Below the pieces are notes generated by a model. It was given only the letters and a program-made list of their open reading frames with translations, ran no database searches and was not told the DNA's origin. Below, one piece after another: positions 1-10,342 of a stretch of 64,000 bases of DNA. Both the position numbers and the translations under genes were made by a program. Each line of letters begins with the position of its first letter. Positions within the stretch are counted from its first letter, which is position 1. This stretch comes from an uncultured Aminicenantes bacterium (lineage in GTDB: Bacteria; Acidobacteriota; Aminicenantia; UBA2199). Location: positions 32,001 to 96,000 of the forward strand of contig CBDAFS010000062.1 in NCBI GenBank assembly GCA_965195285.1. Reading direction: 5' to 3'.

Positions 1-2
1 CC

Positions 3-1052
3 CCGGCAGCCGGCGCCCATGGCGAACTGGCGGGCATGATGGTCATCCGGAAGTATTTGACCTCAACCGGCAACCCCAGAAAAGTGGTACTGATTCCCGA
101 TTCCGCTCACGGAACCAATCCGGCATCCGCCCATTTTGCCGGTTATGAAATCCGGGAGATCCCCTCCAATCCGGATGGCATCATCGACGCAGATGAACTG
201 GAAAAATACCTCAACCCTGAAGTAGCCGCACTGATGATGACCAATCCCAATACCCTGGGGATCTTTGAAAAACATATATGCCGGATCGCGGAAGCCCTGC
301 ATCGAAATGGATCGCTACTCTATATGGACGGGGCCAACATGAATGCCTTTCTGGGAATTGTAAAGCCGGGAAACCTGGGAGTTGACGTCCTTCATTTAAA
401 CCTGCATAAAACCTTTTCAACTCCCCATGGTGGTGGTGGACCGGGTTCAGGACCCATCGGAGTGACCCGGCAACTGGAAGCATTCCTGCCGGTTCCCCTG
501 ATTTCCAGAACTGACAATGAATTCAGGGTCGAATATTTCAGCCAGCAGGGCATCGGCAGGATTAAAAATTTTTACGGCAACTTTCTGGTCATTGTCCGGG
601 CCTTATCTTATCTTTTATCTCTGGGCAGGGAAAATATCCGAAAAGTAGCCGAAGATGCGGTTTTAAATGCCAACTATATTCGAAAGCATTTGGAAAAATT
701 ATTTGAATTACCCTATAAATCCAAGACTCTGCATGAAGTTGTTTTTTCGGATAAGGGATTGCCGGTTAAAACCCTTGACCTGGCCAAAAGACTTCTGGAT
801 TATCATATTCACCCGTTTACGATTTATTTTCCCCTGATCGTTCAAGGTGCCATGATGATTGAACCCACCGAAACCGAAAGCAAAGAAACCCTTGACCGAT
901 TTATCGAGGTCATGAAAAAAATCATCCGGGAATCGCAAGAAAATCCTGATCTGGTTAAAACATCGCCCCATACCACACCGGTATCAAGACTGGACGAAGT
1001 TCAGGCGGCGCGCCATCCGGTTTTAAAATGGGAAAAAAAGGAGAATCATTGA
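3..1052 (+). CDS. gcvPB: Glycine dehydrogenase (decarboxylating) subunit 2, 5'-truncated by window edge
   Basis: PAAGAHGE, SAHGTNPASA, TNPNTLG, PLP-lysine motif HLNLHKTFSTPHGGGGPG and MIEPTETESK; frame open from position 3. Confidence 0.97.
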   Translation, partial: PAAGAHGELAGMMVIRKYLTSTGNPRKVVLIPDSAHGTNPASAHFAGYEIREIPSNPDGIIDADELEKYLNPEVAALMMTNPNTLGIFEKHICRIAEALHRNGSLLYMDGANMNAFLGIVKPGNLGVDVLHLNLHKTFSTPHGGGGPGSGPIGVTRQLEAFLPVPLISRTDNEFRVEYFSQQGIGRIKNFYGNFLVIVRALSYLLSLGRENIRKVAEDAVLNANYIRKHLEKLFELPYKSKTLHEVVFSDKGLPVKTLDLAKRLLDYHIHPFTIYFPLIVQGAMMIEPTETESKETLDRFIEVMKKIIRESQENPDLVKTSPHTTPVSRLDEVQAARHPVLKWEKKENH

Positions 1053-1921
1053 GTTTACAAGACGTCATATTAAAACTACAGGAATTCTGGTCATTGAATG
1101 GCTGTTGTATTGTTTCAGGATATGATCATGAAGTGGGAGCCGGGACCATGACCCCGGACACATTTTTTCGAGTACTGGGTAAGAAACCCTGGAGAATCGC
1201 CTACTGGCAGCCATCCAGAAGACCTGATGACGGACGGTACGGAGAAAACCCCAACCGGGTACAAAAACACAATCAATTCCAGGTCATTTTAAAACCGGTA
1301 CCTGCAGACGGACAGAATTTATACTTCAACAGCCTGCAACAACTGGGTGTTGATATCAGAAATCATGATATCAAATTCGATGAAGACAACTGGGCCTCCC
1401 CTTCACTGGGAGCCTGGGGAGTGGGCTGGCAGGTGATGTGCGACGGACTGGAAATCACCCAGTATACCTACTTCCAGCAGGCCGGTGGTTTGGAATTAAA
1501 TCCAAACTCTCTGGAAATAACCTATGGGTTGGAACGTCTGGCCATGTTCCTGGATGGCCAGAGCAATATCTACGATCTGACCTGGGGCCATCAGGTCCCC
1601 TATTCCGATTTCAGATATGAAGAGGAAAGGCAATTTTCGAAATACAATTTTGAATACGCCCATATCGATTTTCTGAGAAGTATTTTCAACCAGTACAAGG
1701 ACGAGGCAGAAAGATTAATAGAAGCCAATTTATACCTACCGGCCTTTGACCTGGTCCTGAAATGCTCTCATACTTTCAACATTCTGGATGCCCGAAAGGC
1801 AATTTCCATTGCGGAAAGAACCACCCTGATGGCAACCTTGAGAAGCCTTTCTTCCCGAATTGCCAGGAAGTATATCGAGGATACAGAAGGGGAACCAGAA
1901 AAGGAGGGAACCAGTGGCTGA
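1049..1921 (+). CDS. glyQ: Glycine--tRNA ligase alpha subunit
   Basis: EVGAGT, QPSRRPDDGRYGENPNR, GLEITQYTYFQQ, EITYGLERL; likely TTG start overlapping the gcvPB stop (TTGA). Confidence 0.97.
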   Translation: MSLQDVILKLQEFWSLNGCCIVSGYDHEVGAGTMTPDTFFRVLGKKPWRIAYWQPSRRPDDGRYGENPNRVQKHNQFQVILKPVPADGQNLYFNSLQQLGVDIRNHDIKFDEDNWASPSLGAWGVGWQVMCDGLEITQYTYFQQAGGLELNPNSLEITYGLERLAMFLDGQSNIYDLTWGHQVPYSDFRYEEERQFSKYNFEYAHIDFLRSIFNQYKDEAERLIEANLYLPAFDLVLKCSHTFNILDARKAISIAERTTLMATLRSLSSRIARKYIEDTEGEPEKEGTSG

Positions 1922-3995
1922 CTTTCTCTTTGAACTGGGAATTGAAGAAGTCCCGGTTTCTGAAATAAAAAGCATTACCGGTCAATTAAAGGATAAATTT
2001 ATCTCAAAACTGGACACCCAGAAGATTACTTTTACTTCCCTGGAATCGGCAGCCACCAACAGAAGATTCATGGTTCACATCTCAGGTCTGGCCGATAAAT
2101 CCCAGGATCATGAAGCGCAGATCCTGGGTCCATCCCTCAACATCGCCTATGATAAAAAGGGAAATTCCACCATTGCCCTGAAAAAATTCATCGAATCCCA
2201 GGACATAAACAAATCAAATCTCATTGAGATCGAAACCAAAAAAGGAATTTACACCGGAACCCAAAAAAAGACCAAGGGAAAACTGACCCATGATGTGTTA
2301 ACTGAAATCATACCCGAAGTCCTAAAAGAACTTGTTTTTTCCAAAACAATGCTGTGGAACAAATACAGAATTCCTTTCATCAGACCCATTAAGAATATTC
2401 TATCGCTTTTAAACAGTCAGTTAATCGAATGCCGGTTTGCCGGAGTCGAATCATCAAACTTTATCCATGGACACAACCTGCTTTCTGCCGACCTGTTGGA
2501 AATTCATTCGGTGAAGGATTACATTGAGAAATTGAATAATAATTTTGTAATGGTCGGAGATAATGAGAGAAGGGAAAAAATATTGAATGAGATCAAGGAT
2601 ATTGAAGAAGAATTGAATGCCAGAGTGGAAATAGATTCGGAATCCCTGGATTATTATATTTATAATAATGAATACCCGGTTGTGTTTACCGGTGAATTCG
2701 AAAAGAAATATCTGTCGCTTCCCTCAGAAATTATTTCCACTTTCATGAGAAAGGAAAAAAAGCTGCAGCCGATATATGATCCCAAAGGTAATCTTATGAA
2801 AATTTTTCTGGGCGTGTCCAATATCCCGGACGAAAACAAAAATGTGGTTCACGGAAACGAAAAGGTCATTCAGGCCACCCTGGAGGATGCCAAATTTTTC
2901 TGGGAAAATGATAAAAAGGATGATTTTATCTCCTTGAGAGAAAAACTGAAAAATGTGATTTTTCAAAAAGACCTGGGCTCTTTTTTTGATAAAACCGAAC
3001 GGTTGAAGGATCTAACCGGATTTCTGGCCCAGATAACCCGGAATACCGACCTGACCGATAGCCTGGGCCAAGCCTCACTCTATTGCAAGAACGACTTGGT
3101 CACCCGCATGGTTAGAGAATTCCCTTCCTTGCAGGGTATTATGGGCGGCCTTTATCTAAAGGAAAATCAATATGATGAAGATATCTGGATAACCATATAC
3201 AGCCATTACCTGCCCAGAGGATTTTCAGATGAAAAGCTGGAACACCTGGGTGCCGGTCTGCTCTCTTTGGCCGATAAAATCGATAATATTACCGGTTTGC
3301 TCCACAAGAGCATCAAAACATCCGGTTCAAAAGATCCCTATGGAATCCGGAGAGATGCCAATGCCATCATCAAACTCATGATCGATTTGAATCTGGATTT
3401 TGATTTAAATCCTCTGATCCAGTTTGCCGCCGAGAATTTGTTCTCTCACCTGAGACCGGAAAAGATCGACGAAGATGCCGTCACCCTGACTTTAAAAATT
3501 AAAAAACTTTTTAACATCAGGATTGAAAATGTTTTCAAGGACAGCCTGAATCTGAAACCCGATCTGATTTCGGCCATAATGAATGAAGATACACTGTTCA
3601 TCCACACCATGTACCAACGGGCCAAAGCGGTTTTAAACATGAAGGAAACTACCTCAATAGAACACCTGATCGTACTCCACAAGCGGCTGAAAAATATCAT
3701 CAAAGATTTTGAACCCTATCCAATAGCCGAAGAACATCTGGTGGAAAAGGAAGAGAAAATCCTGTTTGAAATTTTTAATCAATCAAAAACCAGGGTTGAA
3801 GAATTGATTCTGGATCACCAATATATTCAAGCCGGTTCCATCATACTGGAGATGAAACCGGTGATTGATGATTTCTTTAACCATGTCATGGTAAAGGCCA
3901 AAGACAAAAAACTCAAGAAAAACCGGATCGCCCTCTTGCAGAAAATTGATGAGCTGCTTTCAAAGATAGCCGATTTTTCTTCTATTGTGGAATAG
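1914..3995 (+). CDS. glyS: Glycine--tRNA ligase beta subunit
   Basis: FLFELGIEEVP, FIRPIK, MVREFPSLQGIMG, GSKDPYGIRR, C-terminal anticodon-binding domain; GTG start at 1914 after AAGGAGG. Confidence 0.95.
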   Translation: MADFLFELGIEEVPVSEIKSITGQLKDKFISKLDTQKITFTSLESAATNRRFMVHISGLADKSQDHEAQILGPSLNIAYDKKGNSTIALKKFIESQDINKSNLIEIETKKGIYTGTQKKTKGKLTHDVLTEIIPEVLKELVFSKTMLWNKYRIPFIRPIKNILSLLNSQLIECRFAGVESSNFIHGHNLLSADLLEIHSVKDYIEKLNNNFVMVGDNERREKILNEIKDIEEELNARVEIDSESLDYYIYNNEYPVVFTGEFEKKYLSLPSEIISTFMRKEKKLQPIYDPKGNLMKIFLGVSNIPDENKNVVHGNEKVIQATLEDAKFFWENDKKDDFISLREKLKNVIFQKDLGSFFDKTERLKDLTGFLAQITRNTDLTDSLGQASLYCKNDLVTRMVREFPSLQGIMGGLYLKENQYDEDIWITIYSHYLPRGFSDEKLEHLGAGLLSLADKIDNITGLLHKSIKTSGSKDPYGIRRDANAIIKLMIDLNLDFDLNPLIQFAAENLFSHLRPEKIDEDAVTLTLKIKKLFNIRIENVFKDSLNLKPDLISAIMNEDTLFIHTMYQRAKAVLNMKETTSIEHLIVLHKRLKNIIKDFEPYPIAEEHLVEKEEKILFEIFNQSKTRVEELILDHQYIQAGSIILEMKPVIDDFFNHVMVKAKDKKLKKNRIALLQKIDELLSKIADFSSIVE

Positions 3996-4049
3996 GCGGT
4001 CCCATTTATCCCGGGCAAGGATACCGGTAAGTATGGACAAGTGGGTGGC

Positions 4050-5405
4050 ATGAAAAAAAAAGTATTGTTCGAATGCATCGAATGCGGATACCAGAGCCCA
4101 AAATATTACGGCAAATGCCCCCAGTGCCAGAACTGGAACTCAATGGTTGAACTCAGCTCCGGGGATATCGAACCGGGACAACCATCACCGGAACGCCAGG
4201 CCATATCGTTAAGCCAAATCGAAGAGCTCCAGACAAAAAGAACCCTGACCGGTTTGCAGGAGTTTGACCGGGTTCTGGGAGGAGGGATTGTACCGGATTC
4301 GGTAATCCTGATCGGTGGAGAACCGGGGGTTGGAAAATCCACTTTATTACTTGAAGTATCGGGGATATTAACCCGCAACGGTAAAAAAATCCTGTATTTT
4401 TCCGGCGAGGAATCCGCTCACCAGATCAAAATCAGAGCCAAAAGGCTTGGAATCGATTCAAGCGATATTTTCCTATTGACCATGGGTACCCTTTCGGATC
4501 TCAAAAAAGCTGCCAGTGAATTGAAACCCGATTTTATAATCATCGATTCCATCCAAACCCTTCACCCCGACAAGCATTCTCTGGTATCGGGATCTATTTC
4601 AGCCATGAAATGGGCCACTTCCGAGATCATTGGATTTGCCAAAAAAAACGGAATCACCGTCTTCGTAATCGGACATATTACCAAGGATGGCTCCCTGGCC
4701 GGCCCCAAGACCCTGGAACACATGGTTGATGTGGTACTATATTTTCAGGGAGAATTCAAATCAGACCTGAGAATTCTGAGAGCTGAAAAAAACAGATTTG
4801 GCCCGGTGAATGAGCTAGGAATATTTCAGATGACCGGGCAGGGATTAACGTCGATCAAGGATCCTTCTCAGCTTTTTCTTCAGCACCACAGTGTGGCCGA
4901 ATCGGGAATATCCATTTTTCCGGCCATGAACGGTTTGCGCCCGATACTGATTGAGATCCAGGCCCTGGTAACCGAGAGCCCCTTTTCCGGAAACCCACGA
5001 AGAATATCGGTCGGATTTGACAATTACCGGATGTCCATGCTGATATCGGTCATTGAAAAGAAGCTAAAACTCCCCTTTTATAAATCCGATGTTTTTCTCA
5101 ATGTGACCGGAGGTATGAGTATCAGAGAGACGGCAGGCGATTTATCTGTTTTATCGGCATTGATTTCCAGTTACAAAAATATTACTGTGCCCCAGGACAT
5201 CGTGATCATCGGGGAAGTCGGTTTAACCGGAGAGGTGAGATCGGTTGGCTTTATCGATAACCGTATCAAAGAAGCCATCCGTCAAGGTTTCAAGCAATTT
5301 ATCTTACCGGCCTCCCAATCCAGCCTAACCCACATCAAAAATATTTCAATCATTTCAGTGGCAAATATATTTGACTTTTACTCCTATATTGGAAAAAGCA
5401 GATGA
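4050..5405 (+). CDS. radA: DNA repair protein RadA/Sms
   Basis: C4 zinc finger, Walker A GEPGVGKST, KNRFG motif, Lon-like C-terminal domain. Confidence 0.97.
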   Translation: MKKKVLFECIECGYQSPKYYGKCPQCQNWNSMVELSSGDIEPGQPSPERQAISLSQIEELQTKRTLTGLQEFDRVLGGGIVPDSVILIGGEPGVGKSTLLLEVSGILTRNGKKILYFSGEESAHQIKIRAKRLGIDSSDIFLLTMGTLSDLKKAASELKPDFIIIDSIQTLHPDKHSLVSGSISAMKWATSEIIGFAKKNGITVFVIGHITKDGSLAGPKTLEHMVDVVLYFQGEFKSDLRILRAEKNRFGPVNELGIFQMTGQGLTSIKDPSQLFLQHHSVAESGISIFPAMNGLRPILIEIQALVTESPFSGNPRRISVGFDNYRMSMLISVIEKKLKLPFYKSDVFLNVTGGMSIRETAGDLSVLSALISSYKNITVPQDIVIIGEVGLTGEVRSVGFIDNRIKEAIRQGFKQFILPASQSSLTHIKNISIISVANIFDFYSYIGKSR

Positions 5406-5417
5406 TTTCAGCAACTG

Positions 5418-7256
5418 CTAAATCATACTCTGAAAGTGGGTCTTCAGTTCCTGAATTTGATTTTTATCCAAAATTTTATTGTCCTTGTGAATGACCAGTA
5501 TGGAATAAGTTCGCTGATTCCATTCGATCTTGGTAAAACAGATATCAAAGTCCCTGAATTTCTTAATCATTTTCCCCAACAGCTGTTTCCGCTTCATATA
5601 GGATAAAACGAATATGGTGCGGTTGGATTCGGTTAGATTTTTATGTTTGATGATTAACTTTTTCCCCTGGGCTCGCTTTGATTCCTCTATGGCCCTGGAA
5701 CACAGAATCATGACTTCATGAAGCACCCTGAACGGAATTTCAATCCGGAAAAGCTCATCAAAATTGAAAAATATATCCCGGATCAGGGACACATTTACCG
5801 TACCCAACTTTTCCAGCAGATCATTCAATACCCTCATGTCGATTTCCCTGAAACCCTGGTCAAAATCCCTGATTTCACCGTACTCTTTTCTTAAGATGGC
5901 CTTCAGGTTCGAGAATATGTCTTTTATTGAAGAAAACTCTGACAGATTGACGTTCAGTTTTAAAATATCAATTCTGACCCGGTTGCCATAAAAGCGGGAA
6001 GGTATGGTTGAATTGATCTTCACACCGGGAATCTTTTCCAAGCGGGTGATTAACCCGTATATTCTTTTTCTTCTGGATTTGAAGCTCACCACGATCAGTT
6101 TGATATCCATATAGAAATCGGTTTTTTCATCGACTTTGATGAAAACCTGGCTGATGCCGGTCTTTTTCAATTCCATCATCAAAAAAGGGATAATGGCCCG
6201 GGCATAATGCTCGTAACCGCCAATGGCTTTCACCCCGGAGAAACTTTTTTTACAGGAGGTCAGGATAAATTTGTCCATGGATTTTTCAATTGATTTGATC
6301 ATCTCTTTATTCAGGGGGTTACCATATTGATCTACAATCTCAATTCGGTAAACCAGTATCCCATCGTGGGACACAAAGCTCTTGTGATGCTTGATTACAT
6401 GTGCAGGTACAATAAAACTGAGTGTTTTCAGAAATTCTTCAATTGATATCAATTCTTCCCGGCAAATAAATGTAATTCCGGTCAGTTTTTCGTATTTGGT
6501 CTCGAAATTTTTTATCTTAATCACTTCATCGGTGGTTCCGCTTCGAATCATTTCCTGGAAACGCATATTATTTATGATCAGCTCTGTCAGGTCACTGATA
6601 TTCCGTTCTTCCAGATATTCTCTGGAACGGGAGGAGATGAATTTTATGGCCTCCCCGCTCTCACCGATCAACTTGGAAATATCGGATCCTGGATAGACTT
6701 TATTTAAACGGTTCACCACATTATTGTAGATTTCAAACTTGATGGTTTCATCTTCCAGCAGCAGTGTTTTGCTGCGACTCCCGATCGAGGCCTCCCTGAT
6801 TTTGGCCACCAATTTCTTTTTTTCAAATACAAATTGCCGGTATTCTTCCTTGGTATCCAGATTGAAAGCCAGGATTACAATTCCGATAGTTTTTTGTTCA
6901 TACTCAACGGTGAATCCCCTAACAAGCAAAACATTTCTACCCTTGTGGTGTACGATACCCAGAATGGAATTGGACATGCCGGGCCAATCTTCCGCCAATA
7001 CTCCCAGAATCATGGTTTTGGGAATGGATGTCGTTTTCAGTTCATCCAGGATAATCACTTCCTTTTTCTGGGTTCTTTCATAATTGACCAGCAAGCGGAT
7101 CAAGAGTGCCCGCTGCTGCAGCAAGGGAAAAATCAATTGGGAATTTGAGATTTTATCAATCTTCTCCTTGATATCTTTTTGAGAGATTTTGATGAGTTTC
7201 TCTTTCAAGATGTGATTCAACTCAATGACTTCGTTCTTTTCCAGTTTTCTGATCAT
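5418..7256 (-). CDS. Uncharacterised 612-aa protein, probably several ACT-like domains and no catalytic domain
   Basis: Long clean ORF with its own promoter; ACT-like segments ILGVLAEDWPGMSNSILGIV and YRIEIVDQYGNPL. Confidence 0.6.
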   Translation of the reverse strand: MIRKLEKNEVIELNHILKEKLIKISQKDIKEKIDKISNSQLIFPLLQQRALLIRLLVNYERTQKKEVIILDELKTTSIPKTMILGVLAEDWPGMSNSILGIVHHKGRNVLLVRGFTVEYEQKTIGIVILAFNLDTKEEYRQFVFEKKKLVAKIREASIGSRSKTLLLEDETIKFEIYNNVVNRLNKVYPGSDISKLIGESGEAIKFISSRSREYLEERNISDLTELIINNMRFQEMIRSGTTDEVIKIKNFETKYEKLTGITFICREELISIEEFLKTLSFIVPAHVIKHHKSFVSHDGILVYRIEIVDQYGNPLNKEMIKSIEKSMDKFILTSCKKSFSGVKAIGGYEHYARAIIPFLMMELKKTGISQVFIKVDEKTDFYMDIKLIVVSFKSRRKRIYGLITRLEKIPGVKINSTIPSRFYGNRVRIDILKLNVNLSEFSSIKDIFSNLKAILRKEYGEIRDFDQGFREIDMRVLNDLLEKLGTVNVSLIRDIFFNFDELFRIEIPFRVLHEVMILCSRAIEESKRAQGKKLIIKHKNLTESNRTIFVLSYMKRKQLLGKMIKKFRDFDICFTKIEWNQRTYSILVIHKDNKILDKNQIQELKTHFQSMI

Positions 7257-7406
7257 TGGTTTATTTTATCCCAATCGGAATTGAAAAGTCAATTTACCCT
7301 TCCCTAGCATATAGGTATTGGTATTCCTCGGCCATGAAAATTGAAAAATGCTTTTTTAATCAGATTCAAAAATAATACAAAATATTGTAAAAATGCAGAT
7401 TATAAC

Positions 7407-7447
7407 TTGACTTTTAGCTTTCTTTTAAATAAAATAGCAACGGGAGG
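7407..7447 (+). promoter_or_regulatory. Sigma70 promoter and RBS of hup
   Basis: TTGACT(7407)-17 bp-TAAAAT(7430); GGGAGG RBS at 7442. Confidence 0.7.
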
Positions 7448-7452
7448 TAATA

Positions 7453-7725
7453 ATGAACAAAACCGAATTGGTTAAGGCTATTGCAGAAAGAGCAAATTTA
7501 AAGGTTGCTGATACTGAAAAACTGGTCAATTCTTTCATTGAAACCATATCCAATGAACTCAAAAAAAACAAGAAAGTCACCTTGGTTGGATTCGGAACCT
7601 TTGCCACATCTCACAGAAAACAGAGAATTGGCGTCAACCCGAAAACCGGAGTAAAATTAACCATTAAAGCCAAGAACGTTCCTGTTTTCAAAGCGGGAAA
7701 AACACTGAAAGACAAAGTTAAATAA
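7453..7725 (+). CDS. hup: DNA-binding protein HU
   Basis: MNKTELVKAIA, VTLVGFGTF, GVNPKTG, PVFKAGKTLKD. Confidence 0.97.
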   Translation: MNKTELVKAIAERANLKVADTEKLVNSFIETISNELKKNKKVTLVGFGTFATSHRKQRIGVNPKTGVKLTIKAKNVPVFKAGKTLKDKVK

Positions 7726-7817
7726 TATTTTATAATTAATATTACAGTAATTATAATTTATTACTATTTCGATCAATTGTAAAATCAAGGGATGGGTGGC
7801 AGGGCATTAGGAAAAAT

Positions 7818-9929
7818 TTAGTATACCTGGACCTCGGATGACGAGGTTTTTATTTCAACTTGCCGCTTGTCTTTTGAATAAGCCGTCACATCATCAATGG
7901 TGATGGTGTAATCACCTTTTTCCAGAAACCTGATCTTGAGCTGGGCCAGTATGGTACTTTTGACTGGTTTCCCGAAAAATGAATAGCCAATATCAAATGA
8001 ACTGGAAGAAAAATCCTTCAGCATCCTGACATCGTCATTTTTGAAGAAATCGGTCTTCAATTCATCCACAATCACATTCCCTCCTGAAATGGATCCGCCA
8101 ATCGAAAGGGTAGAGATTTCAGCTTGAGAATTCAGTCGGATGGTGAAAAAAGCTTCACTATTTAACGGTATTCTACGGCGGGCAGGAGAAATTATTACCG
8201 AATTCTGGCGAAGTAGATTTGCCCTTCTTCTGCTGGTATCCCGGGATTTCACGGGCGATACCGGAGTTGATGAATTGAGGGACCGGGTATTACTCCAAAT
8301 CGGTTCAAGGTCTGTTTTTCCGGGGATGGTCTTTCTGATTATTCTGGGAGTAACCGAAAAAATGAGATCGGTTTGCTGAATGGTCTTTTCACTGGAACCA
8401 AAAAGCAGTCCCAGCACCGGGATTTTTGACAGTGTCGGAATGCCATTCATTGAACCCCGTACCTCATCCTTTATAAAACCACCGATTAGGTTGGTTTCAC
8501 CTTCTTTCAGTCGGATAACATTTTCCAGTTCTCTTTTGCCCAAAACCGGAAAAGAATCAACATAAGTGGTCACGAAAGTCATGGAAAATTTTATTCTTAA
8601 GGTCACTTCATTATTGCTGTGAACAAAGGGGGTGACTTTTATTTCAACACCCACATTTTTATATTGATAACTGGTTACCGGGGTGTTTTGGACACCTCCT
8701 GCCGCCATAGCCTGCCATGTAGTACTGGGGATCGGCAACTCCTCACCCACCATGAACTTGATTTCCTCACCCTCTACTCCTCTCAGGTTTGGCTTGGCAA
8801 TGATTTTGTTTTCACTATCGGTTTCGAGTATGTTCAGGGCAACGCTGGGAATAGTCAACATAAAATTGATATTTCCCAGATCGTTCCAGTTAACGGTGGT
8901 ATTCAGGGTGCTGGTGCCTTCCTCATCATCTTCATTTGGGATTCCGGCGGAAATGGAAAGGGGTGTGGTTCCATAATCAATGCCTATCTTTTTCAGAAAA
9001 CTTCTGTTGACTTCTATTATTTCCACATCGACTTCAACTTCATTCCTTTCCTTATCGATCTTTTGAATGAATTCCTCTATATCCATCAGGGTATCCCGGG
9101 AGGCTTTAACGATCAGGGTATTCAGGTTCACATCCTCCTGAAGCATGATTTGCTGATCGCGGAAAACCGTCATGACCAATTTCTTGGCATCTTCAGCCAC
9201 GATATTGTTTAAATAAAAAACCTTGACTCCTTTCAAATCAAAGTTTTTCTTTTTCATGGCGGTATTGGCATACAGAAGTATTGAAGAACTGTCCAGGATC
9301 CGGTAACGAAGATTTGCAACCATGCACATCTGAGTTAATATTTGATAAAAGCCAACATCTTCAATCTCAATGCTGTAGAGAAAGTCCCGAAAATCCTTAT
9401 CAAAAATGAAATTCACATTGAAGGATTTGCCAAGGCTCTTGAATATTTTGGTGATGGGGACATTTCTTAGATCCATTTTAATCTTTTCATTCCCTTTCAA
9501 CTTCAAGATCACCGGGGGTTTAATGGTGGATTCAAATTTAACCGTTTTCTTTTTTTTATCTTTGTTCACATAGGCATTGAATTCATCACCCAATCTCTGG
9601 TTATTGGGAAATATAGCCAGGGCCAGGGTATACTCTTTTTCCGCCTCCGGCTTCATGTCATTATTTTTATAATTTCTGGCTTTGGCCAAATGATGATAAT
9701 AACTGCCGAGCTTTGACCTGAACAACATGGCGCTGATCTCCTTTTTGCCCGGATATTTTTTCAAAGCCTGCTCAAAATATTTTATGGATTTGTCATAATC
9801 GCACTGCTTGTAATATTCCATTCCCTCTTTGAACTTTTCGGAATGTATCGAGCACTGGCATTGAAATATGATCCCAATGGAAAATAAAATAACACAAGAA
9901 AGCAGTATTCTTTTTTTTCTAATCATCAC
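7818..9929 (-). CDS. Secretin (PilQ/GspD family) with N-terminal TPRs and C-terminal cohesin-like beta domain
   Basis: Signal peptide with Cys, TPR helices, secretin core (IIAKPNLR, YKNVGVEIKVTP, GIPTLSKIPVLGLLFGS, LIFSVTPRII). Confidence 0.9.
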   Translation of the reverse strand: MMIRKKRILLSCVILFSIGIIFQCQCSIHSEKFKEGMEYYKQCDYDKSIKYFEQALKKYPGKKEISAMLFRSKLGSYYHHLAKARNYKNNDMKPEAEKEYTLALAIFPNNQRLGDEFNAYVNKDKKKKTVKFESTIKPPVILKLKGNEKIKMDLRNVPITKIFKSLGKSFNVNFIFDKDFRDFLYSIEIEDVGFYQILTQMCMVANLRYRILDSSSILLYANTAMKKKNFDLKGVKVFYLNNIVAEDAKKLVMTVFRDQQIMLQEDVNLNTLIVKASRDTLMDIEEFIQKIDKERNEVEVDVEIIEVNRSFLKKIGIDYGTTPLSISAGIPNEDDEEGTSTLNTTVNWNDLGNINFMLTIPSVALNILETDSENKIIAKPNLRGVEGEEIKFMVGEELPIPSTTWQAMAAGGVQNTPVTSYQYKNVGVEIKVTPFVHSNNEVTLRIKFSMTFVTTYVDSFPVLGKRELENVIRLKEGETNLIGGFIKDEVRGSMNGIPTLSKIPVLGLLFGSSEKTIQQTDLIFSVTPRIIRKTIPGKTDLEPIWSNTRSLNSSTPVSPVKSRDTSRRRANLLRQNSVIISPARRRIPLNSEAFFTIRLNSQAEISTLSIGGSISGGNVIVDELKTDFFKNDDVRMLKDFSSSSFDIGYSFFGKPVKSTILAQLKIRFLEKGDYTITIDDVTAYSKDKRQVEIKTSSSEVQVY

Positions 9930-10341
9930 TATCTCCCTTTAATCGAACTACAATGGGTTGAGACTCCACTTCCAGTAGGATTTGTTTTTTTTCTATTTTT
10001 ACAATTTTAATGGTTTCCATGAAGACTTCCCCCTGCCCAACCACAAAATACTCACCATTCAGACTGATCAGGGCATGAATCCGGTTATTTTTTTCAATAT
10101 AGCCCTCATACAAAATACTTCTTCGGATTTCCTTTTCGGAGTCATCCTGTTTCCGGGCCATGATGGTTTTACCTTTCAATACCTGGTTCTGCAGGGTCGC
10201 TATTTCCTCGGCTGAAATCAGTTTTACCGGAGAAAAAATATCCCTTTTGAAGGTATACGGTAATTTGTCTTTGTTGAGTTCGGAAAAACGAATGACTTCA
10301 GCCCGGAGACAAAAAACACAGGACAGCAGCAATATAAACAT
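9919..10341 (-). CDS. Pilus/T2SS assembly protein (PilP/GspC-like position)
   Basis: Signal-like N-terminus, RDIFSP motif, ALISLNGEYFVVGQGE beta region; lies between PilO-like gene and secretin. Confidence 0.6.
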   Translation of the reverse strand: MFILLLSCVFCLRAEVIRFSELNKDKLPYTFKRDIFSPVKLISAEEIATLQNQVLKGKTIMARKQDDSEKEIRRSILYEGYIEKNNRIHALISLNGEYFVVGQGEVFMETIKIVKIEKKQILLEVESQPIVVRLKGDSDD

Positions 10342-10342
10342 T

